This document shows positions 25,456 through 32,000 of a stretch of 32,000 nucleotides of DNA, in pieces. Location of the stretch: assembly GCF_001465295.1 (NCBI RefSeq), contig NZ_CP011034.1, positions 1,980,001 to 2,012,000 on the forward strand, given 5' to 3'. Under the pieces are notes generated by a model that was given only the letters and a program-made list of their open reading frames with translations, had not been told where the DNA came from and searched no databases. Position 1 is the first letter of the stretch, and each line of letters starts with the position of its first letter. The translations under genes and the position numbers were made by a program. This DNA comes from Pseudoalteromonas translucida KMM 520. GTDB taxonomy: Bacteria > Pseudomonadota > Gammaproteobacteria > Enterobacterales > Alteromonadaceae.

Positions 25456-26310
25456 TGTGAACTTCCAACAGTTGTAATGAGTGATCGTGGTATACCTACC
25501 TCATATAGACATATGCATGGTTTTGGCTCACACACCTATAGTTTGTGGAGTGAAGCCGGTGAGCGCTTTTGGGTGAAATTTCATTTTCGTACACAGCAAG
25601 GTATTAAAAACTTAACTGATACAGAAGCTGCTGAAATAGTCGCTATGGATCGTGAAAGTAATCAAAAAATTTATTTGAATCGATTGAGCGCGGCGACTTC
25701 CCTAAATGGAAATGTATGTGCAAATTATGCCTGAAGCCGAAGCTGATAACGTGCCGTATCATCCTTTTGATTTAACTAAAGTATGGCCTAAAGGTGATTA
25801 CCCACTGATTGAAGTAGGTGAGTATGAGTTAAATAAAAACGCTAATAACTACTTTGCCGATGTAGAGCAAGCTGCTTTTTCACCGAGTAATTTAGTACCT
25901 GGAATTGGCGTATCACCCGATAAAATGCTGCAAGCCCGTTTAATTAACTACGCTGATGCACAGCTCTACCGTGTAGGTGTGAATCATAATCAAGTGCCGG
26001 TAAATCAACCTCGCTGCCCTGTTAATAGCAATGCGCGCGATGGACAAGGCCGCGTTGATGGTAACTATGGGCAAGGCCACACTACGACTTCCGTGAAGAC
26101 GATAGCGACTACTTTAGTCAGCCACGCGCTCTTTTTAACTTAATGAATGATGAGCAAAAACAAGCGCTATTTAGTAATACGGCGGCACAAATGGGTGATA
26201 CCTATGACTTTATTAAATATCGTCATATTCGTAACTGTAATCAGTGCGATCCTGCCTATAGTGAAGGTGTTGCTAAAGCCCTTGGGATGACTGTTTCTGA
26301 TGCAATATAA
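25456..26310 (+). pseudogene. catalase (monofunctional, small-subunit type) pseudogene: 5'-truncated, at least three frame changes and an internal deletion
   Basis: Three frames join into catalase sequence. Frame 1: [47 protein letters not shown]...ESNQK. Frame 2: ([15 protein letters not shown]). Frame 3: [87 protein letters not shown]. Then, after a further frame change, [32 protein letters not shown]...DPAYSEGVAKALG and a stop at 26308-26310. The N-terminal ~190 aa, including the heme-pocket region, are absent. Confidence 0.85.
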
Positions 26311-26381
26311 GCACGTGAAACAGACCCTGCAAAACATTTACCTGGCTGCTTATAAACTATTAGTTATATCTAAATTTTGCT

Positions 26382-26409
26382 AGCTGGCTTTTTTAACAAA
26401 AAGACAGCT
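26382..26409 (+). terminator. imperfect hairpin downstream of the catalase remnant (possible old terminator)
   Basis: AGCTGGCTTTTTT-aac-AAAAAGACAGCT. The stem contains one mismatch and there is no separate T-tract. Confidence 0.3.
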
Positions 26410-26519
26410 AATTAACGCGGTAATAAATACAGTTAAACTTAGTCTGTAGTTTAATTTATATAACCCATTTAAATAATGCACTTACATATTCTTCCTTATA
26501 CTGTAGTTAACCTTCCCTT

Positions 26520-26846
26520 TTAATTGCAGCTAGTCATAAAAAATTCAAAACCGTTTTTCTGCTCACTTAAGTCTTGATTAAAGCCAGCCGAGACATATAA
26601 AAAGCCATCATTTGCTACTAGCTGTTTAAGCTTATTTACACTATCAGAAAAGTCATCCATAAAATTAGTATCGGAATTTTCAAGCAACTTTTTATGCCCA
26701 AATAAAGCCTTTGGTGCGCACTGATTTGATTTTACAAATTCAGTTAACGTATCTTGATTATAAAAGGTTTTAAAACCATGTTTACACTCGGCTAAAAATG
26801 CTAATAAATCCGCAAAATCAACTTCAATAAATGTTGACTCTTCCAT
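26520..26846 (-). CDS. hypothetical protein (108 aa)
   Basis: Isolated ORF with no recognisable motif, next to the IS relic. Confidence 0.45.
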   Translation of the reverse strand: MEESTFIEVDFADLLAFLAECKHGFKTFYNQDTLTEFVKSNQCAPKALFGHKKLLENSDTNFMDDFSDSVNKLKQLVANDGFLYVSAGFNQDLSEQKNGFEFFMTSCN

Positions 26847-26918
26847 TATCCGAATAAAGATTAAAATTAATTCATTTGAATAAATAACCTGAATCTCGTT
26901 TAAGAAATTGAACTAAAT

Positions 26919-27429
26919 GCCTGTTCCGAGATCCGATCTTTCGACCAAGAACGATTGGATAAACAAGGAACAGGCATGATTAAATTAGTTGAATTGTTTT
27001 GCGATCTCGATGATTTTTGCAAAGTATTTATACCCCAATGGGAAAAACAATTACTCGAAGATGGTACCCAAAAACGTCAGCGAGCAGGACGTATGACGAC
27101 CAGTGAAATTATGACTATTGTCATTAGTTTCCATATGTCGCATCACCGTGATTTTAAAAATTACTATCTTGGTTATGTTCCACTTATGTATAAAAGTGAA
27201 TTTCCTAACTTGCTCAGTTACACGCGATTTTAGCCGTTATGCCGAGGGTACTTGTGCCGATGTGTGCCTATTTTACTTCACTTAAAGGTAAACCCACAGG
27301 CGTTGAATTATTGAAGCTGTAAATTATTAATTTAAAACTATAAGCCAAGTAGAGGATACGAGGCAAAGTAGTGCTGATCATTTTATACTGAATGATTTTG
27401 CTATTGTTATGGCTTTGGTTGTTATTTAA
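26919..27429 (+). mobile_element. IS982-family insertion sequence relic; transposase internally deleted and frameshifted
   Basis: The N-terminus MIKLVELFCDLDDFCKVFIPQW...RMTTSEIMTIVISFHMSHHRDFKNYYLGYV...FPNLLSYTRF(frameshift)LAVMPRVLVPMCAYFTSLKGKPTGVE fits the IS982-family pattern. At about 27,305-27,312 it jumps to a C-terminal-like IIEAVNY*FKTISQVEDTRQSSADHFILNDFAIVMAL (family pattern IET...LK...EHSRHRS..NF). The DDE core is therefore missing. The C-terminal match is from memory of the family and less certain. Confidence 0.65.
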
Positions 27430-27451
27430 ATCAATGTCAGATTAATTACTT

Positions 27452-27499
27452 ATAAAAACCAATGAAACCGCTAGAAATATACCTAAGCGGTTTCATTGG
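27452..27499 (-). terminator. rho-independent terminator of the nitroreductase gene
   Basis: Perfect 14-bp stem CCAATGAAACCGCT (27459-27472) / AGCGGTTTCATTGG (27486-27499) with a 13-nt loop. It is followed on the minus strand by TTTTT (27454-27458) and lies 25 nt after the stop codon. Confidence 0.7.
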
Positions 27500-27523
27500 T
27501 TAAATTATATTAAAGTAAGTGTA

Positions 27524-28132
27524 TTAACCAAATACTTTCATACGTTCTTCAACCGGTTTAAACTCCTTGTCGCCTGCTGGCTGGTCAATAGCGCCAAATA
27601 CCATTTGTGCATTCAATTCCCAGTCTGCAGCTATGTTCCACTCATCTGCAACTTTTTGATCAATAACTGGATTGTAATGTTGTAAGTTGGCACCAATGTC
27701 TAAGCTAGCCAATGCTGTCCAAATCGCATACTGATGCATAGCGCTGCTTTGTTGTGCCCAAATTGGAAATTTGTCAGCATACAAAGGTGCAGCTTCTTGC
27801 ATGTTTCTTACTACGGCTTTGTCCTCAAAGAACAATACCGTACCTGCACCGGCTCTAAAGCCTGCAATTTTATTTTTAGTACCTTGGAATTTTTCGTCGT
27901 CACCAACAATAACTCTTAGCGTTTCTTCAGTAATGTCCCACAGTTTGTGATGCTCATCACCAAACAAAACGACGATACGTGCCGATTGTGAGTTAAAAGC
28001 TGAAGGCGTATGCAAAACTGCGTGCTCAACAAGTTTAACTACTTCTTCGTTAGAAACGGGCAACTGATCGCTTAGAGCATAGATAGAGCGACGCTTCTGT
28101 GCTAATTGTTGTAAATCATTTAAGTTTGACAT
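27524..28132 (-). CDS. nitroreductase-family NAD(P)H oxidoreductase
   Basis: 202 aa. RRSIYALSDQLPVSNEEVVKLVEHAVLHTPSAFNSQSARIVVLFGDEHHKLW is a typical nitroreductase N-terminal pattern. Confidence 0.8.
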   Translation of the reverse strand: MSNLNDLQQLAQKRRSIYALSDQLPVSNEEVVKLVEHAVLHTPSAFNSQSARIVVLFGDEHHKLWDITEETLRVIVGDDEKFQGTKNKIAGFRAGAGTVLFFEDKAVVRNMQEAAPLYADKFPIWAQQSSAMHQYAIWTALASLDIGANLQHYNPVIDQKVADEWNIAADWELNAQMVFGAIDQPAGDKEFKPVEERMKVFG

Positions 28133-28190
28133 TATTATCTCCTGTGGTTGTTCAAATATTTAAGTAATTAAAAAACTAATTTAGTTACAG

Positions 28191-28922
28191 TTACTTACCT
28201 AAAAGTAACCAAAAACCGAGCACTAACAATAAATAATTCATTATCTTTAAAAATAACGCTTTATCCAGTACTGCATTAATTTTTACCCCTAACCAATTAC
28301 CTACAAATGCCAGTGGGAAAAAGGCCAGTGCAGTTAAAATTGTCTCACCCGTTAACAAGCCGAACGATAAAGCTGCAATAAGTTTTATTACATTCATCAT
28401 TGCGAAAAATATCGCCGCGGTAGCAACAAACTTACCCGGAGTAAGCCCTATCGCTGTGAAATAAATAATAATGGGCGGCCCACCCGCATGCACTAAACTG
28501 CTGGTAATACCGGAGAACATGGACATTATCCCCGCGCCAATTTTATTACTGAGAATTTTAAGCGAGCTTTTTTTAAAGAAAATATTTTTAATTGAAAAAA
28601 CAATACATATTAAGGCGATTATCAAGCGTAAGTGTTCTGCATTAATAATGTCTATAATTAAGTAAGCAATGAGCACACCTACTATTGCCCCAGGAATTAG
28701 GGGGAGAAGTAGTTGATTATCCCATTTTCGCCAGTAACTTCTTACGCTTAACATGTCGCCAATAATTAATAGCGGCAGCATTAGTGCAATGGCTTGCGCT
28801 GCTGGCAATTTTAGCATTAGCAGCGGCACGGCAAACACGCCTAATGCCCCTGCAAATGCTGATTTTGAAACACCTATCAATACAACAACAGCTGCTATTA
28901 AAACAAGTGTTGTAATATCCAT
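28191..28922 (-). CDS. TauE/SafE-family (sulfite-exporter-like) membrane permease
   Basis: Polytopic hydrophobic protein of about 243 aa. The start is moved to MDITTLVLIAAVVV (ATG 28922-28920), 1 nt after the pirin stop. The longer ORF would overlap pirin by 56 nt. Confidence 0.8.
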   Translation of the reverse strand: MDITTLVLIAAVVVLIGVSKSAFAGALGVFAVPLLMLKLPAAQAIALMLPLLIIGDMLSVRSYWRKWDNQLLLPLIPGAIVGVLIAYLIIDIINAEHLRLIIALICIVFSIKNIFFKKSSLKILSNKIGAGIMSMFSGITSSLVHAGGPPIIIYFTAIGLTPGKFVATAAIFFAMMNVIKLIAALSFGLLTGETILTALAFFPLAFVGNWLGVKINAVLDKALFLKIMNYLLLVLGFWLLLGK

Positions 28923-28923
28923 A

Positions 28924-29619
28924 CTAAAAGTCCGCCGGTAATTCAAACCATAAAGCTTCAAGTTCAGCTGTTGCTTCAAGGTTTAGCTCTGTCGCGGGGT
29001 CAACCGCAAAGGCATCACCTGCAGCAAATTCTTTACCATCAACCATTACGCTACCTTTTACAATGTGCAGGTAACCAATTTGCTTACCCGAAGCCAGCAT
29101 AAACATTTGTTGCGCGTTTAAAACTAAGCGTGACAAGCTTGCATTTTGATTAATTGACAATACATTTTCACCGCCCTCTGGTGTAAGTAATGGCGTTAAT
29201 GGACCATTTTGCGCAATGCTTTTTTGCTCATAACTTGGTTTAATTCCCATTTTATTGGGCTGTATCCAAATTTGTAAAAACTTAACTTGGTCAGTGTTAG
29301 ATGCATTATATTCTGAATGCATTACGCCACTGCCCGCACTCATACGTTGTACGTCGCCTGCCGGTACAGTGTGCTTATTGCCTTCACTGTCTTCATGCTT
29401 TAATGCGCCTTGCATTACATACGAAATAATTTCCATATCGCGGTGCCCGTGTGTGCCAAAACCTTTACCTGGCATAACCATGTCGTCGTTTATTACGCGC
29501 AGTGCTGAAACCCCCATATGTTTTGGATCGTAGTAACTGCCAAAAGAAAAACTATGTTTGCTTTGCAACCAACCAAGATCGACCGAACCGCGCTCTTGTG
29601 ACTTTCTTATGTATTTCAT
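28924..29619 (-). CDS. pirin-family protein (YhhW/quercetinase-like bicupin)
   Basis: MKYIRKSQERGSVDLGWLQSKHSFSFGSYYDPKHMGVSALRVINDD...HGHRDMEIISYV matches the YhhW-type pirin pattern. The start is set at ATG 29619 with AAGGA 7 nt upstream. Confidence 0.9.
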   Translation of the reverse strand: MKYIRKSQERGSVDLGWLQSKHSFSFGSYYDPKHMGVSALRVINDDMVMPGKGFGTHGHRDMEIISYVMQGALKHEDSEGNKHTVPAGDVQRMSAGSGVMHSEYNASNTDQVKFLQIWIQPNKMGIKPSYEQKSIAQNGPLTPLLTPEGGENVLSINQNASLSRLVLNAQQMFMLASGKQIGYLHIVKGSVMVDGKEFAAGDAFAVDPATELNLEATAELEALWFELPADF

Positions 29620-29696
29620 TATAAATTCCTTCATTTATTTCAATGAAGCCAGTTTACTACTGTGTTTATACGATTAAAATTAGCTGTTTTAGCATC

Positions 29697-29721
29697 AATC
29701 ATTCTATTTAAAAGAATGATT
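29697..29721. promoter_or_regulatory. 9-bp inverted repeat AATCATTCT-N7-AGAATGATT between lysR and pirin; LysR-type (T-N11-A-containing) box or lysR terminator
   Basis: Read directly from the sequence. It overlaps the lysR stop codon and lies about 80-100 nt upstream of the pirin start. Confidence 0.35.
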
Positions 29722-30607
29722 ATTGTAATTCTTCACATTGGTATCTTAGTTCAGCTAAAAAAGCCCTGGCTGCTGGGCCTAAGCTGTCGCCATCTTTAAA
29801 GATTAAATGCAACTGCATAGAGCGCTTGCTGTTATGTTGTAAAGGGAGTGTTTTGAGTTTGCCCTGTGCTAGTTCATTTTTAATAGAAGTTGTAGGTAGC
29901 CAAGCAAAACCTAAACCACTGCAGATCATATCAATAGAAGTGCGCAAATGACTCACCGTCCAGCGCTGGTTAGCACCTAACCAGCCCGCATCACTTTTAC
30001 GATGCATACCTGAGTCGCGCACTACAATTTGACGATGACTTTTCAAATCCTCTGAGGTTAAATCTCTCCCCAAAGAATGTAAAGTATGATCTGGATTAGC
30101 AACGGCAATAAAGTCTATTTGGCAAAGTTGCTCACTAAAACCTTCTGTTAATGCAACCGGTGAAATAGCAATATCTACATCAGCATTCTCAATCAGTTCG
30201 CTTGCCCCACTCAGTACCGACTCCACCAACTCAATTTGCAGCATTGGATATTGGGCAGAAACAGTATCAAGCACTTTATATAGCCTTGCTTGCGGAAACA
30301 TTTCATCAACCGCAATTTTTAAGCTGCCTTCTGTGCCCTGCCCAAGAGTATGGCCCACTATTTCCAGCTTAGCGGCTTCATCAAGCAAAAAGTTGGCGCG
30401 CTTAAGCATTAGCTCACCCGCTTGAGTCAAAACAGTTTTTCGCCCTTCAATTTCAAATAATTTAACATCGAGCGAGCTTTCTATTTTACCCACTGCATTG
30501 TGAATACTTGACTGGCTTTTATGAATTCCTTGTGAGGCTTGATTAAAGCCACCAAATTGCACCACAGAGCGAAACATTCGCCATTGCTCTAGTGTGACTC
30601 TAAGCAT
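29720..30607 (-). CDS. LysR-family transcriptional regulator
   Basis: 295 aa. N-terminal HTH (LEQWRMFRSVVQFGGFNQASQGIHKSQSSIHNAVGKIESSLDVKLFEIEGRK) plus a substrate-binding domain of typical length. Confidence 0.9.
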   Translation of the reverse strand: MLRVTLEQWRMFRSVVQFGGFNQASQGIHKSQSSIHNAVGKIESSLDVKLFEIEGRKTVLTQAGELMLKRANFLLDEAAKLEIVGHTLGQGTEGSLKIAVDEMFPQARLYKVLDTVSAQYPMLQIELVESVLSGASELIENADVDIAISPVALTEGFSEQLCQIDFIAVANPDHTLHSLGRDLTSEDLKSHRQIVVRDSGMHRKSDAGWLGANQRWTVSHLRTSIDMICSGLGFAWLPTTSIKNELAQGKLKTLPLQHNSKRSMQLHLIFKDGDSLGPAARAFLAELRYQCEELQ

Positions 30608-30772
30608 GATTACCTCTTATTGCTTTAAATTTTATTTTTGTTGTTAATTCTGCAGGCTATCTTCAGACAAGTTAAGCTTGAGCAAAACCACACTTGGTTA
30701 TTATGCATAAATAGGTGTGAGTTTTATTCGGATCTCAGTTAATTAGCTATTAATGCGCAATAGCTCTTGGCA

Positions 30773-31627
30773 TTATTTAAGCGGGATAAACTCTTTATCA
30801 TCACCTGGAATAGTTGGAAAACGCCCATTTTCCCAATCGTCTTTCGCTTGCTCAATACGCTCTTTGCTAAATGACACAAAGTTCCAATACAAAAATGGTA
30901 CTTTTTCAAATTTATCGCCGCCTAACATAATAAAGCGACCGTCTGTTGCCAGCGTAATTTCGCTATCGCCTGGCTCTAATAAAATAAACTCATTAGTACC
31001 AAACGTTTCACCGTTAACAGTTACTTCGCCACAAATAGTAAATATTGCAGTTTCTTGTTCTGGGTGTGGGCGCTTTATAACACTTCCTTTGCTGGCAACA
31101 ACATCAATATAAAACATGGGTGAATAGGTTTTAACCGGCGAACTTAAACCATAAGCTTCACCCACTACTAATCGCATCATTACTCCTTCGTGGGTAATGT
31201 GCGGTAATTGGTTTTTTTTCACATGATTAAATGACGGTTCAATTTCTGCCATAGCTTCTGGCAATGCAACCCAGCACTGTAAACCACTAATTGAATGTGG
31301 ATTTGCACGTACTTCAAAGCTTTCACGCTCTGAATGGGTAATACCTTTACCTGAGGTCATCCAGTTAACATCACCAGGGCGAATTTCTAAATTATTACCC
31401 AGCGAATCACGATGTAAAATACTGCCATCAAATAGGTAAGTTAGTGTTGATAAACCAATATGTGGATGCGGTCTAACATTTATACCTTGGCCCGCAGGGA
31501 AATTATTTGGCCCCATTTGGTCAAAGAAAACAAATGGACCTACCATGCGTTTTTCTTGATGAGGTAAAACGCGTTTTACATTTAATCCACCAATATCATG
31601 CTCTTTAGCTTTAAGCACTTTAGCCAT
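30773..31627 (-). CDS. pirin-family bicupin protein (second paralog)
   Basis: RVLPHQEKRMVGPFVFFDQMGP...RPHPHIGLSTLTYLFDGSILHRDSLGN...GDVNWMTSGKGITHSE is the pirin signature. The start is set at ATG 31627 (AGAGGA 8 nt upstream). Confidence 0.9.
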   Translation of the reverse strand: MAKVLKAKEHDIGGLNVKRVLPHQEKRMVGPFVFFDQMGPNNFPAGQGINVRPHPHIGLSTLTYLFDGSILHRDSLGNNLEIRPGDVNWMTSGKGITHSERESFEVRANPHSISGLQCWVALPEAMAEIEPSFNHVKKNQLPHITHEGVMMRLVVGEAYGLSSPVKTYSPMFYIDVVASKGSVIKRPHPEQETAIFTICGEVTVNGETFGTNEFILLEPGDSEITLATDGRFIMLGGDKFEKVPFLYWNFVSFSKERIEQAKDDWENGRFPTIPGDDKEFIPLK

Positions 31628-32000
31628 AATAAACATCCTCTTAAGTTGCTTTATAAAAATAAACGTATGTTATTTGTAATTCATATACAGTCAATTATCT
31701 ATAATTTATATTGTAATTTAATGATAGCCAACATCCGTTGTTCTAATTTAATTAATGAATAACGCCACTTTAGCCCGCAACATTCTCCCAATGAGAATGT
31801 TAGCACGTCATTGCAATAATACAAAAGATGCAGGTAATTTACATAATTGTTTTTTATTCTTACTTTTAAATTAGGGTCTTATTTTTAGGTTAAAACGTGT
31901 ATACCTCTGAAAATGTTTATACCTGTAAATAATGCTGCTGCACAAAACAGCAAATAATTTAGCCAGTTTTATCGCAAAGCAAATTCATAGCATACAGGGA

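Noticed and set aside
25477-26143. Two separate small genes (85 aa and 145 aa) from the ORF track
   Set aside because: Both translate to contiguous pieces of one catalase and are joined by frameshifts. They are annotated as a single pseudogene instead.
26955-27233. Functional transposase gene
   Set aside because: Only the N-terminal third of an IS982-type transposase is present. It has a frameshift and an internal deletion that removes the catalytic core. The TTG start in the track is probably upstream of the real ATG (26976).
23938-31112. Antisense ORFs in the core region (23938-24255, 27734-27919, 28471-28665, 28753-28941, 29255-29533, 30753-31112)
   Set aside because: Each is fully embedded opposite a well-supported gene (SDR, nitroreductase, TauE, pirin, pirin). 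They are shadow frames.
14468-31636. N-terminal extensions of track ORFs (14468-14500, 15678-15704, 24582-24614, 28923-28979, 29620-29634, 31628-31636)
   Set aside because: Internal ATGs have better Shine-Dalgarno spacing, match family N-termini (integrase arm domain, YhhW-type pirin), or remove implausible overlaps with the upstream gene.
1-32000. CRISPR arrays, rRNA genes, retron or other obvious structured ncRNA loci
   Set aside because: Visual scanning found no regularly spaced 25-40 bp repeats and no rRNA-like segments. The only phased repeats (25257-25320) are 7-mers with 18-21 bp spacing, which is not CRISPR-like.

Overview
Low-GC window that looks like a marine gammaproteobacterium (Alteromonadales/Pseudoalteromonas-like by gene content; this is inference only). 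Positions 1 to about 23,030 are the right-hand part of a horizontally acquired island. It has three tightly packed parts. (i) A type 1 BREX operon on the minus strand, brxR(WYL)-brxA-brxB-brxC-pglX. It is followed not by pglZ but by a 153-aa ORF with a HEPN-type RNxxxH motif, a second diverged pglX paralog whose catalytic NPPY motif reads YPPN, and an unknown ORF running off the left edge. (ii) An XRE-type regulator divergent from a translationally coupled xis-like / tyrosine integrase / HD-domain operon. (iii) A very AT-rich three-gene operon (192, 845 and 1035 aa) in which both giant proteins carry tyrosine-recombinase catalytic signatures. The island abuts a 3'-truncated polysaccharide deacetylase gene at about 23,030-23,038, next to a tRNA-3'-end-like relic. 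From 23.4 kb onward the sequence looks like ordinary chromosome: an SDR oxidoreductase cluster, a decayed catalase pseudogene, an internally deleted IS982-family relic, a nitroreductase, a TauE/SafE permease, two pirins and a LysR regulator. No rRNA gene, intact tRNA gene or CRISPR array was seen. The best candidates for something undescribed are the pglX-HEPN-pglX' insertion inside BREX and the giant dual tyrosine-recombinase module.
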